56,570 nucleotides of DNA from Patescibacteria group bacterium (lineage in GTDB: Bacteria > Patescibacteriota > Doudnabacteria > UBA920): positions 1-56,570 of the forward strand of contig WARV01000011.1 of NCBI GenBank assembly GCA_013387205.1, given 5' to 3'. The notes beneath the pieces were generated by a model, which worked only from the letters and a program-made list of their open reading frames with translations, was not told the DNA's origin and did no database searches. The translations under genes were made by a program, and so were the position numbers. Shown piece after piece: positions 1 to 8,988 of this stretch; within the stretch, counting starts at the first letter, position 1; each line of letters starts with the position of its first letter.

Positions 1-2
1 AC

Positions 3-110
3 GAGGAGATTAGACGGGTAGAGTATGCCTTAAACACCAGGCCACGTAAACGCTTGGGCTGGAAGACACCGCTTGAAGTATTACAAAGGGGTGGTGCACT
101 TACTTGTTGA
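3..110 (+). mobile_element. C-terminal end of an IS30-family transposase, cut by the window edge; right end of the IS at ~91-116
   Basis: The frame from nt 3 reads EEIRRVEYALNTRPRKRLGWKTPLEVLQRGGALTC*, containing the LNxRPRKxLGWKTP motif of IS30 transposases. It is followed by GTGCACTTACTTGTTGAACCTAG, similar to IS30 right ends. Confidence 0.85.
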
Positions 111-140
111 ACCTAGTACGCCAGTTTTAAAGTGTTCGGT

Positions 141-174
141 AAAAAAAGAAGCTGCCACAAAGCGGCAGCTTCTT
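141..174 (-). terminator. Intrinsic terminator after the radical SAM gene
   Basis: Stem AAGAAGCTGCC / GGCAGCTTCTT with an A-run on the left (U-tract on the minus strand). Confidence 0.7.
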
Positions 175-181
175 ATGGTAA

Positions 182-1264
182 CTATTCCAGCCAGCAATGC
201 GGATCTGTTTCAAGATAGTTTCCCCTTTGGACGTGGGCTCTGGCTCTGCAGCCGCCGCATTGGTATTTGAGGTTGCATTTGCCGCACTTCCCATTGAAAT
301 TCCTGGAAAGCAGGTTTTTGACAACTTCACTGTTTTGGTAAGCCGTGGTAATCTCGCCGACCGACAATGGAAACACGTTCATTATCGGAATGTCTAAAAG
401 CGCGCATGGTGTCATTGTTCCGTTGGCATCAACATTGAAGGTAACTGCTGCTGCCCCGCAACCATTAAAGACAAGTTCTTCATCCTGGTTGCTGTCTTCA
501 TGGCTGCACGCCAGGCACTTTAACGGGTCGTTGGTGGAAACCTTTATGTCCGTGTACTTTTCCCGCAGTTCGTAGATGCGTTCTATGAAGGCCTTTTTTT
601 CTTCTTTGGCCATCCATAGGTCTTTGCGGGAAATCGCTCTGCCTGCCGGGTGTACTGGCGAAAAGCCAATCCGCTTGCAGCCCATGCTTCTGGCATGTTC
701 AACCATCGTCCCCATTTCGCCAATCTGTGACGCTTGGATTGTGGAGCGCATGGTAGAAATGAGGCCGGGGATATGGCTTTGCGCAACCAGGCGAAGAGCT
801 TGGTTGGCTTTTTCAAACGCTCCTTTGTGTTTCCGAAAAGCGTCGTGCTCCGTTGGATTAAGGTTGTCCAAACTGACCGACAAGGCAAGGCCTTTAAAGC
901 ACATCTTCTCAAAAAAGCGCAGGTGCTGCTCGGTCAGTAAAACGCCGTTGGTCGTCAGGGTCAGGTTTTTCACTCCCGCTGACCGGACGCTTCTTATAAC
1001 ATCAAAGAATTTACGGTGGATTAGCGGTTCTCCGCCGGAAATAACAATCTCGGCATCGTCCGGGCTGAACTGCCGGGCAAAGCTGATGATTTTTATTATC
1101 TGCGGAATTTCCATGTCCTTCCGTTCTTGGTACGCCGCCCGGCAATGCTGGCATTTCATGTTGCAGCGGCCGGTTATTTCAATCTGGACTTGGCCGAATT
1201 CTACTTCGTAGATGGTGTCGTCAACTTCAACTTCCAGCAATCTCATTGAATTATTTTCTTCCAT
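182..1264 (-). CDS. Radical SAM protein with C-terminal SPASM domain (putative peptide maturase)
   Basis: CNMKCQHC (CxxxCxxC), SGGEPL, TTNG and SLD motifs; SPASM cysteines in CGAA...GTMTPC...CGKCNLKYQCGGCRARA...DPHC. Confidence 0.92.
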   Translation of the reverse strand: MEENNSMRLLEVEVDDTIYEVEFGQVQIEITGRCNMKCQHCRAAYQERKDMEIPQIIKIISFARQFSPDDAEIVISGGEPLIHRKFFDVIRSVRSAGVKNLTLTTNGVLLTEQHLRFFEKMCFKGLALSVSLDNLNPTEHDAFRKHKGAFEKANQALRLVAQSHIPGLISTMRSTIQASQIGEMGTMVEHARSMGCKRIGFSPVHPAGRAISRKDLWMAKEEKKAFIERIYELREKYTDIKVSTNDPLKCLACSHEDSNQDEELVFNGCGAAAVTFNVDANGTMTPCALLDIPIMNVFPLSVGEITTAYQNSEVVKNLLSRNFNGKCGKCNLKYQCGGCRARAHVQRGNYLETDPHCWLE

Positions 1265-1295
1265 ATATCACCTGCCAATGTAAAAGTCCTTTTTG

Positions 1296-1332
1296 AAAAA
1301 ATAACGGGGAGGATTTGCTGTCCTCCCCGTTA
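1296..1332 (-). terminator. Hairpin/terminator between the precursor peptide gene and the radical SAM gene
   Basis: 12-bp stem TAACGGGGAGGA / TCCTCCCCGTTA followed on the minus strand by a U-run. Confidence 0.7.
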
Positions 1333-1343
1333 CCCGTTGATGC

Positions 1344-1424
1344 TTAGCCGTTAGTATCGCACGTTCTGCAGCCGTTCTGGCCAATGCGAACCTTCAGGCG
1401 TTTCTTTTGTTTCGGCTTTTTCAT
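1344..1424 (-). CDS. 26-aa Lys-rich peptide with CxxC, putative RiPP precursor (not in ORF track)
   Basis: Translates as MKKPKQKKRLKVRIGQNGCRTCDTNG*. AAAGGAGG Shine-Dalgarno just upstream of the ATG; co-oriented and directly upstream of the rSAM/SPASM gene. Confidence 0.7.
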   Translation of the reverse strand: MKKPKQKKRLKVRIGQNGCRTCDTNG

Positions 1425-1649
1425 AAAGCCTCCTTTGCGCTAATAGTAGCCTTTAGGACCTCGTTAGTCAATATCAAAATTCATTAAAATTTACTTTATT
1501 TATTGATAATAAGTTAAATTGCGAAAAACCTAAGGAAAAACTTGATATATTTAAGAAACACTTGATAAAAATAAGGAATTATGGTAAACTATCAAAGCAA
1601 ATAAGTATAGTCCTAAGTTCTTAGTACTAAGAACTAAGTACTCACAAAC

Positions 1650-1724
1650 GGCCCATTCGTCTAGTGGCTAGGACATCTGGTTTTCAGCCAGGTAACAGGA
1701 GTTCGATTCTCCTATGGGCTACCA
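1650..1724 (+). tRNA. tRNA-Glu (TTC)
   Basis: GGCCCAT/ATGGGCT acceptor stem, anticodon loop TT-TTC-AG, GTTCGATTC T-loop and encoded CCA. Confidence 0.95.
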
Positions 1725-1761
1725 ATTTAAAAAATCCCATAGCATTGGGATTTTTTAAATT
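1724..1761 (+). terminator. Hairpin/terminator after tRNA-Glu
   Basis: Inverted repeat AATTTAAAAAATCCCA...TGGGATTTTTTAAATT. Confidence 0.65.
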
Positions 1762-1830
1762 GTCTCGAGCGAAGTTCCGCTTCGCGGAACGAAGCCGAGA
1801 GGCACAAAAAATTGGTGCTATACTATAATC

Positions 1831-2079
1831 ATGTATTACTTTTATCTTTTCCGTACTCCCGATGATACTTTATATACTGGCGTAACCGGTAATTTAGATG
1901 ATCGCGAAAATCGCCATAACACCAGCCGCGGATCGAATTGGACCACTAATCACCGTGGCGGTCAAATCGTCTACACCGAAACCTACCCAACTCTCTCCGA
2001 AGCCCGCCGCCGCGAAATACAAGTAAAAAAATGGTCCAGGATTAAAAAGGAGAATTTGATCAAAAGATTCAAACCGTAG
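1831..2079 (+). CDS. Small GIY-YIG nuclease family protein (UPF0213-like)
   Basis: YYFYLF..LYTGVT..L..R...H N-terminus and EARRREIQVKKWSR C-terminus. Confidence 0.85.
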   Translation: MYYFYLFRTPDDTLYTGVTGNLDDRENRHNTSRGSNWTTNHRGGQIVYTETYPTLSEARRREIQVKKWSRIKKENLIKRFKP

Positions 2080-2233
2080 TAAACAACCTCACTCCCCGAA
2101 GTGGTGTTTTTGATTTGGTTTAATTGATGCAAAATGAGTTTTCCAAAATCCATTTGCTCAAGCAATAGGAACTGGAAAACTTTTTTGTTTCAAATAAAAC
2201 CAAATTGGGTATATACTGTAGATAAAATATATA

Positions 2234-2769
2234 TGATAACTGATTTAGAACGTATAAATAAATTTATTAATATTGTTGAGAAATTAAAAAATTCTCAATT
2301 TATTAAAACAACAAAAAATATTAAATTTGAGTTGAATGTTGAGATTGGAGAGAATATTAAACAACAAATATCAGGGTACGATGAAGACCAATTCCGCTCA
2401 ATGTTAATGGATTTAAGAAAGTTACTCATGGTTAAAGATGGGGTCAAATTAGACGAAATCTGTGACTTAATAGTAAAAAATACGAATAAACAGGACGTTA
2501 TTAAAAATGTTACAGATTGCAAGAGAGTATTTAAAGAGTTAATGGACAATCCTCCTATAAATATAATTAAAGACGGAGAATCCTTTAGCTCAGAAGATAT
2601 TATCAAACTTTGGCTGTATGGACATTATGTTCACGAAGACGACGACAAAACTAAAAGATTAAACAATATGGGACTTTCGGCGATGTTTATTAAATATAAC
2701 TTTACTACTGCCATAACAAAGTTATTAGATCTTTCCATAATTATTTCTAATAATGCAAAAATTTTATAA
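2234..2769 (+). CDS. Hypothetical protein (AT-rich island gene)
   Basis: Long AT-rich ORF; likely start is the ATG at 2234 rather than 2134. C-terminal LWLYGHYVHED motif; no confident family. Confidence 0.6.
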
Positions 2770-2788
2770 TACATTCTAATAAATATTT

Positions 2789-3640
2789 ATGGACGCCATA
2801 GATTTTTTAAAAGATAGGGACAATCTTCAACCTCTTAAATACAAAGAAGTAGAAGGTTATATACATAATGACCATCGTTTTTTACTCCCTTTGGTTTATA
2901 TAAGCCAAGAAAAAAGATTGCTTCCTAAGCCTTGTAAACTTATATTATTTGATGCCCATCATGACTCTTGCCCAGTAAACAAAGAACAATTGAAAGAAAT
3001 AGAAAAATTATTTAGTAATAAATATTCAATAAATGATTTAATAAAATTAACTGACAAGGTATTAGGTCAGAATGACGACGACTGGATTCAGGCAGGAATG
3101 CAGTTGAATCTATTTAGTGATGCTATTGTTTTTGGAGTGACCCAAAATCCCATTGACGATATGGAATGCCAAGAGATCGTTGATATTTCAGGAAACAAAC
3201 ATCATCTAGAGATTAGGCCCTTATTTCCTGGAGACATGCTTGAATATCAATGTTCTTTAAGTGATATAGCCTATGAAGAAAGATACAAGCATTTTTGGGA
3301 TTTGTTGGATTGGGAATTTGTACCTCGTGAAGGATTTAAATTTAGAGAGACTAATGAAAATATTGCAATTAGTATTGATTTAGATGCCTTTACCATACAC
3401 TGGGAACATTTTATTTTCCCTTGGGATAATGAAGTATTTATAGATAAATTCCTAAACGAATCAACTTATTGGACAACCCAAAATTGGTCAGGCAAAAAGG
3501 TGTTTGATAACTTTATAGAAAGATGCGGAATGTTTGCTATTGCGAGAGAACCTAGATACTGTGGAGGAGAAGAAAAAATGGAAAAAATCTATTCCAAAGT
3601 TAATGAATTTCTTTTTAACAACCTACTGATTCAATCTTAA
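2789..3640 (+). CDS. UPF0489-like arginase/deacetylase-fold protein
   Basis: HNDH, LILFDAHHD and SIDLDAF metal-binding motifs. Confidence 0.7.
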   Translation: MDAIDFLKDRDNLQPLKYKEVEGYIHNDHRFLLPLVYISQEKRLLPKPCKLILFDAHHDSCPVNKEQLKEIEKLFSNKYSINDLIKLTDKVLGQNDDDWIQAGMQLNLFSDAIVFGVTQNPIDDMECQEIVDISGNKHHLEIRPLFPGDMLEYQCSLSDIAYEERYKHFWDLLDWEFVPREGFKFRETNENIAISIDLDAFTIHWEHFIFPWDNEVFIDKFLNESTYWTTQNWSGKKVFDNFIERCGMFAIAREPRYCGGEEKMEKIYSKVNEFLFNNLLIQS

Positions 3641-4189
3641 AGGACCTTTGGTTTAAAATCGAATAAATTCCTTTTACCAGAACAAGAAAAGTTTTCCACT
3701 TGTCTCGAGATGGTCTATCAAGAAAAGTCCCCGAGTTTATCTCGGGGTTTTTTCGTGGTTAGTTCATGGTTAGGATAAGAACTCCTTCGGGTTCGACTAT
3801 GAGTCCTCCGTAGCTTAGCGAAGGAGAAAATTCCATACTTGTACTTGTTCCTACGAAGCTTTAGTGAAGTGGGATGGATTGCTACTAATCCACCACTAAA
3901 CATCGGGAATCCTTATATCTTGGGTCTTCCAAAATTAGGAAAGATTCTGTAGAATTTCTTTGCCTCATTAACTATTGAAAATCTTTTGATATTAGGGTGG
4001 TGCCTATGAGGCTCCGCTTTTTAAGATTACCCATTGAGTATTGAAGACTATAGAGCTTAGGTGGTTCCTAAAAACGTCAAAGATTTTAATAATGTGTTTT
4101 ACTCTATTAATAAATAAGAATATGTATGAACTACTTCACGTAATTATGAGGAAATGCATACCTTACTCTTATCGTATGTGGACAAATTA

Positions 4190-4219
4190 TTGACAAAGCC
4201 CGCATGTATCTGCTAAAAT
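4190..4219 (+). promoter_or_regulatory. Sigma70-type promoter of the HTH/AlbA_2/HEPN operon
   Basis: TTGACA at 4190-4195, 18-nt spacer, TG-c-TAAAAT extended -10. Confidence 0.55.
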
Positions 4220-4255
4220 TTAAGAAACCGTCCACTTATTAACTAAGAATATTAT

Positions 4256-4471
4256 ATGGATGATACAAAAACCTTTCAAAATATAGAAAAAAAACTTACT
4301 GCCATATTAGCTCTTTTAGTAGAGGAGCGAGAGCATAAGACTTACACCAAAGATCTCAATAAGATCGAAGTTGTTCTTAATAATTTAGGGTTCAGCAGCT
4401 CTGAAATCGCAAATATAATTCAAAAAAATCAAGTCGCAGTAATAAAATCCTTACAAAGGGCTAAAAAATAA
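4256..4471 (+). CDS. Small helix+HTH protein A
   Basis: KKLTAILALL amphipathic helix, then LGFSSSEIANIIQKNQVAV HTH-like segment. Confidence 0.75.
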   Translation: MDDTKTFQNIEKKLTAILALLVEEREHKTYTKDLNKIEVVLNNLGFSSSEIANIIQKNQVAVIKSLQRAKK

Positions 4472-4475
4472 CTCC

Positions 4476-4682
4476 ATGGAAAACAAATCAACCAATCAAG
4501 CCTTGCAAGAGTTAGTGATGCTTTTCACGATTATAGTGAAAAGAAGTGTGCCACAATCAACCCTCATTCAAGAAATGAATGCTGTGGGTTTTGAACCTAA
4601 AAGGATAGCCGAGCTATTGAGAACCACCCCTAATACTGTGAGTGTTGCAATCAATAGATTCAAAAAAATGAAAGGAAAATAA
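4476..4682 (+). CDS. Small helix+HTH protein B
   Basis: VGFEPKRIAELLRTTPNTVSVAINR HTH-like segment; tight operon spacing. Confidence 0.78.
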   Translation: MENKSTNQALQELVMLFTIIVKRSVPQSTLIQEMNAVGFEPKRIAELLRTTPNTVSVAINRFKKMKGK

Positions 4683-4683
4683 C

Positions 4684-4872
4684 ATGGGTAAAAATAGTCA
4701 AGAGAAACAAACACTTGATTGCAAATTAGACAAGATTATTAATTTACTACAATTACTTGTAGCAACTGAGCTTTATAGGGATGGTGTTGCAAAGTCCGAA
4801 ATTGGAAAGCAGCTCCATCTTGCAAAAGCATCAGTGGTAGCAATGCTGAAAGGCATTAAATTAAAGGAATAA
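4684..4872 (+). CDS. Small helix+HTH protein C
   Basis: KLDKIINLLQLL helix, then DGVAKSEIGKQLHLAKASV. Confidence 0.75.
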   Translation: MGKNSQEKQTLDCKLDKIINLLQLLVATELYRDGVAKSEIGKQLHLAKASVVAMLKGIKLKE

Positions 4873-4875
4873 TTT

Positions 4876-5103
4876 ATGGATGATAAACTTGGGGAATCTA
4901 TAGCCAAAAAACTGAATGTTCTAATTGCTTTGACACTAAACAGGGCTCTAAACAGTTCGCCATTTCAACACAATAAAAAAGAAACTGGAGACAAAATAAG
5001 GTATTTGGCTAGTTTTGGATTAAACCCTAATGACATAGCAGAAATTACAGGCTCTCCAGTTCAAAGTGTTAGAACCCTATTGACGCCTTCAAGAAAAAAA
5101 TAG
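4876..5103 (+). CDS. Small helix+HTH protein D
   Basis: KKLNVLIAL helix, then FGLNPNDIAEITGSPVQSVRT. Confidence 0.78.
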   Translation: MDDKLGESIAKKLNVLIALTLNRALNSSPFQHNKKETGDKIRYLASFGLNPNDIAEITGSPVQSVRTLLTPSRKK

Positions 5104-5112
5104 GCTAATTGT

Positions 5113-5904
5113 ATGGATATACAAGAACTAGTTGCCAGGGCACGTATAATCTTCAAGGGTTCTTCTAAGAGACCTAGGATTTTTAGCTTGGTAAATGGAA
5201 AGAGGTCGGCTAAAGAAATAGCACGCAAAGGTGGGTTCACGTTTGTATCCGCTCTGCAAGAATTACAAAAAATGAAAGATCTAGAGCTTGTTTATCCACG
5301 CAAAGATACGGACGGCAATCATCTGAAGAAAGATAATTCAGTGGTGTATGAAAAAGCCCCACTTCTTAAACATCTTCCCCCCTCTTATTTCTCTGAACCC
5401 ACAAAGCTGCCTATAGTGAGAAAGATTAAAAGTCAGAAAAGTAAAACTAAAAATAATTCAGCAACAGTTACTGTTCCAACAGAACAACGGATATTAGATA
5501 TATGCAATCACGGGGAAGATCAGCTATATGAATTCAAAGAGGCTGGCGTAGAAATGTCAAAATTATCAAAAGAAATAAGCGCTTTTGCTAATACTGAATT
5601 AGGGGGAATAATTTTTTATGGCATAGAGGATGACGGCTCCATAGGGGGCTCGGACAAAACACGCCAAACAATAGATCAATCATTACGCAATAGTATAAGA
5701 AACTCTATTTCTCCTTCTCTAAGTGTAAAGATCGTCGAAAAAGACGTCCTTGGTCATAAAATCATACTCATAGTTGTTCCTCCATGGAATAGAAAAGACG
5801 TATATCAATATGAAGGACGAATATATCTTAGAGATGGAACCAATGTATTTGTTGCAAAACCAGAAGAAGTAAGAAAGTTACACCTGGGTCAACCAGTAAG
5901 ATAA
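5113..5904 (+). CDS. N-terminal wHTH fused to an AlbA_2 (Schlafen-like) domain
   Basis: GKRSAKEIARK..SALQELQKMKDLELV HTH; GEDQLYEFKE...KEISAFANTELGGIIFYGIEDDG is the AlbA_2 signature. Confidence 0.85.
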   Translation: MDIQELVARARIIFKGSSKRPRIFSLVNGKRSAKEIARKGGFTFVSALQELQKMKDLELVYPRKDTDGNHLKKDNSVVYEKAPLLKHLPPSYFSEPTKLPIVRKIKSQKSKTKNNSATVTVPTEQRILDICNHGEDQLYEFKEAGVEMSKLSKEISAFANTELGGIIFYGIEDDGSIGGSDKTRQTIDQSLRNSIRNSISPSLSVKIVEKDVLGHKIILIVVPPWNRKDVYQYEGRIYLRDGTNVFVAKPEEVRKLHLGQPVR

Positions 5905-5906
5905 CA

Positions 5907-6740
5907 ATGAACAATACAACACTTCACAATCTTTTTGAGCGTTTACGAGTAGAGTTGAGGATAACAAAGCCGAAAACCTTACGAAAAAAAATTCAAAGGG
6001 AAGCTTCAAAACTAGGTCTTACCACTGATGAAGCGCTGTTTATATTGGCGAAAGAAAATGGTATAGGTTATCAAAGAGAATTTAGAAAATTGAAGCCTGA
6101 ATCCAGACAGTCCATAACCGATGCTATTAGAGAATATAGTTCAAACAGTTCCAATATCACAAATACCGCAAAGGCAAAAGCACCTTCTTTTCGTGGGAAA
6201 AATAGAACAACTACGATCAAAACTAAATTTGGTAGTATCACAGAACCTTATCTTCCTCATACGATTAACCAAGAAGCAGTTGATATGGCTGAGCAAGCTT
6301 ATTTAAGTTTGTATATATTAGAAAATTCAGTAAGGAGTTTTGTTCTAACTGTAATGAAGAAGAATTACGGAGAAGATTGGTGGAAACATAAAATGGGAAC
6401 AAAAAAATTAAAAGATATTGCTGCCAAGGTTACTGACAGACAAAAAACAGAAGAAAAAAATCGATGGCATGGCAAAAGGGGTGCTCACCCAATCTACTAT
6501 AGTGATTTTGGCGACTTATCTGTAATTATAGAAACCTATTGTTCTAATTTCCGTCCTTACTTCTCAAATTTGAAATATAAAGAGTCTTCGTTATTGCTAA
6601 AGTTAGCAGAAATAGAACCTTCTAGAAATGTTACAGCTCATCACAATCCACTAAAAAATAACGACTTGAATAGGGTTCATGGCTACTTAATAGACTGGGT
6701 AAGCCAGTTAGAATATATAAAAGACAACTATATCTTATAA
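5907..6740 (+). CDS. Swt1-like HEPN domain protein (predicted RNase) with N-terminal helical extension
   Basis: LYILENSVRSFV..YGEDWW..YSDFGDL..SRNVTAHHNP, including the RxxxxH HEPN motif. Confidence 0.85.
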   Translation: MNNTTLHNLFERLRVELRITKPKTLRKKIQREASKLGLTTDEALFILAKENGIGYQREFRKLKPESRQSITDAIREYSSNSSNITNTAKAKAPSFRGKNRTTTIKTKFGSITEPYLPHTINQEAVDMAEQAYLSLYILENSVRSFVLTVMKKNYGEDWWKHKMGTKKLKDIAAKVTDRQKTEEKNRWHGKRGAHPIYYSDFGDLSVIIETYCSNFRPYFSNLKYKESSLLLKLAEIEPSRNVTAHHNPLKNNDLNRVHGYLIDWVSQLEYIKDNYIL

Positions 6741-6756
6741 TTAATTAAAAATAGGC

Positions 6757-6930
6757 ATGGCTCAAAAGAAAAAGAATGTTCAGCTAGAGCCCCTTGAAGC
6801 TATAAAACGACTCATGATCTTGCAGTTATTAGCTCAAGGGGTGAAAACCGAATCCATTGCTGAGATGTTGCAAATCGACACCAGTACAATACGGCATATG
6901 GTTTCTGTAAGAGGTGTTAATTCTAAATAA
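6757..6930 (+). CDS. Small helix+HTH protein E (57 aa, not in ORF track)
   Basis: MAQKKKNVQLEPLEAIKRLMILQLLAQGVKTESIAEMLQIDTSTIRHMVSVRGVNSK*; same architecture as proteins A-D. Confidence 0.72.
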   Translation: MAQKKKNVQLEPLEAIKRLMILQLLAQGVKTESIAEMLQIDTSTIRHMVSVRGVNSK

Positions 6931-7238
6931 CATCTATAACAATTAAGGCAACTCAACTCGTTGTCTTTTTTGTTTTACTAAATATACTAACATTTTTGGA
7001 TACTCTAAGGGGTATTACTTCCCACTAAATAGGTATAGATTTACAGGTTTCTTTGAATGCCATAAGCTTCTCCAGTATATCCAGAATGGGTTAAGCACAA
7101 CGCTACCACAAAAGAACCAACCATCGGTTGGTTCTTTTGTGGCTGCAAAGATGTCTTTATACAAGAAATTTTTGAAATAAAAAAACAGGGGAAGAAGGTA
7201 ATTCTTCCCCTGCCGCGCACTTGGCACTGGGTGCAAAA

Positions 7239-7946
7239 TCACTGCACCCGAAAATCCCAGACAAGGCCCTGGAGCTCCTTGGTGACGGAGTCTGCCAGCG
7301 CCACGACGTATTCGCCGTTTTCAAGCAGAGACGTCGGCGTCAAGGATAAATCTCCATTATCCCTTTTTTCGAGCTTGCTGGAGATTTCTTTTTGTTCAAT
7401 CCCCAAAACTTGGGTTTGCATCGGATTGATAGCGCTCTTGGTCAGCTCAGTTAAGACGTGGGCCGCACGGATGATCCGCGCCTGATCCTTCGCCGATGGG
7501 CTGACCTTCAGCAGTATCGGAGTTGAATTTACTCCGTACGTCCGCATGGTTTCTGCCGAAACGACCAGGACAAGTTCGGACCCAGACACTGTTACCGAAG
7601 CGGTTAGTCCTTGCACAAATGAGAGATTGTAACTCTCAGTCTTGGTCTGCTTCTTATATAGCAGGCCTTTGGCTTTTCCGAAGCCAATCACCGCCGCTGT
7701 CCCGGCAATTGGAACGTGCGTTGCGACGCCGGCCAAAGCTGTGGAACCGACCCGGTTTGCCACCTCCTCTTTCGCCTCGTCTTTCAAAAATTCGGTCTTG
7801 TATCCGGCATGAGCCGGCAATGTTGTAGACGCAGAAGGGTGCGCCACCAACGAAACATTTTGGCCTTTGCTAGAGGCCGTTACCGTGATTGCCTGTGCCA
7901 GCATTGTGCTGACAATAAGAAAAAAAAGCGATGCAATACGAACCAT
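7239..7946 (-). CDS. Secreted hypothetical protein
   Basis: N-terminal signal peptide and AAGGAGG RBS. Composition is visibly more GC-rich than its neighbours. Confidence 0.7.
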   Translation of the reverse strand: MVRIASLFFLIVSTMLAQAITVTASSKGQNVSLVAHPSASTTLPAHAGYKTEFLKDEAKEEVANRVGSTALAGVATHVPIAGTAAVIGFGKAKGLLYKKQTKTESYNLSFVQGLTASVTVSGSELVLVVSAETMRTYGVNSTPILLKVSPSAKDQARIIRAAHVLTELTKSAINPMQTQVLGIEQKEISSKLEKRDNGDLSLTPTSLLENGEYVVALADSVTKELQGLVWDFRVQ

Positions 7947-8196
7947 ATTTGGCCCTCCTTATGGCCCTGTGTTCACCAAAGTAGTGGAAACACATTGCAA
8001 AATCTTCAAAAAAATTAAAAAATCTGCAACGAATTTCCTTGGTACCATTTTCAATATTGTAGCATTTATGTTATATTTTGTCAAGTTTAATTCTTAAACC
8101 AGGCTGAAATAAGCCATATTTATTTCTAAAAAATGGCACTAAATAATTATATTATTATAATAAATGATAGTTCAATTAAAGTCATTAAAACTCCTA

Positions 8197-8217
8197 GATT
8201 TTCCTAAGGGCTATCAA
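8197..8217 (+). repeat. Degenerate copy of the tRNA-Glu 3' end (att-like site)
   Basis: GATTTTCCTAAGGGCTATCAA matches 1705-1725 GATTCTCCTATGGGCTACCAA at 18 of 21 positions. Confidence 0.55.
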
Positions 8218-8270
8218 CAAAAACCCCCAAACACTGTTCGGAGGTTTTTGTAATACAGATAATTCCAGTT

Positions 8271-8486
8271 TTACATTTCCGGGGCGGCGTCAAATTTGGG
8301 CTGGAAGTCCGCCATCCATTGGGCGTTTTGTTCCGGGGTCATATTCTTCATTTGTTCGGCAATGTCGGGATGAGATTGCATGACATGCTCGCCTCCGTTC
8401 TTGGCCATTTCCTCGGCCGTTTCGCCGGTGACAACGAAGTTGCATTCAGCCGGCCCGCCCATTTGGGCACAAGTCATTTGTTTCAT
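8271..8486 (-). CDS. DUF1059-like small metal-binding protein
   Basis: MKQMTCAQMGGPAECNFVVTGETAEEM...HVMQSH (C..C..H..H); AAAGGAG RBS before the ATG at 8486. Confidence 0.8.
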   Translation of the reverse strand: MKQMTCAQMGGPAECNFVVTGETAEEMAKNGGEHVMQSHPDIAEQMKNMTPEQNAQWMADFQPKFDAAPEM

Positions 8487-8771
8487 ATTATCTCCTTTCT
8501 TTAATTGAGCTGGTCTCAAATGAGTTTTGAGACCAGCGTATTATATGTTTTGACGCAAAAATTTTCCGCGACTTATAAAATAATTATACCATTAAATGGA
8601 CATATATCAACATTATTTAAACGCCTGTTGGATAAGGCTGAGTATTTCGCAAGGCCGGGGGATAACAACCTATAAATAATATGCAGAAGTTAAAACAATA
8701 TTGATTAATAATTAACCCAGCATTTAATTCCTATTTTATGGAGATGTGATATAATTAAATTATAATTTAAG

Positions 8772-8920
8772 TGCCTAAACCCGAAGCTTCTTGGCTCGGG
8801 CATGGCATAAAAACCATTTGCACATAGAGACGGTCATCCGTCTTGTCTGACTGTGCAAATGGTTGTCGCTCGAAAGGGTGGCAGGTCCGCAAGGGCCAGG
8901 GCAAGCGGGTGGCCCTTTTT
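8772..8920 (+). ncRNA. Candidate structured leader RNA, copy 1
   Basis: GCCTAAAC..GCATGGC stem, 13-bp P2 with inner hairpin, GAAA and GCAA tetraloop hairpins, terminal hairpin plus U5. Homologous to 17612-17772 and 17988-18128 with compensatory changes. Confidence 0.75.
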
Positions 8921-8988
8921 GTATGCCACAAAAACTTGCCTGCCATAAACTGGCGTTAACGAAATAAAATTAATTTAAGAAATATAAT

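Noticed and set aside
576-1211. Long antisense/overlapping ORFs in the track (e.g. 576-1211, 11890-12498, 24322-24948, 34197-34772, 54237-54830)
   Set aside because: They are shadows of well-supported genes on the opposite strand and have no motifs or RBS.
4178-4235. GTGGAC/GTCCAC inverted pair flanking the operon promoter as an operator for the mini-HTH proteins
   Set aside because: Only 6 bp with a 46-nt gap, too weak to distinguish from chance.
8772-8920. Assigning the RNA motif to the c-di-GMP-I or Moco riboswitch classes
   Set aside because: It shares only a tetraloop-receptor-like element. The order of elements and the conserved ligand-binding nucleotides do not match as far as I can judge without an Rfam search.
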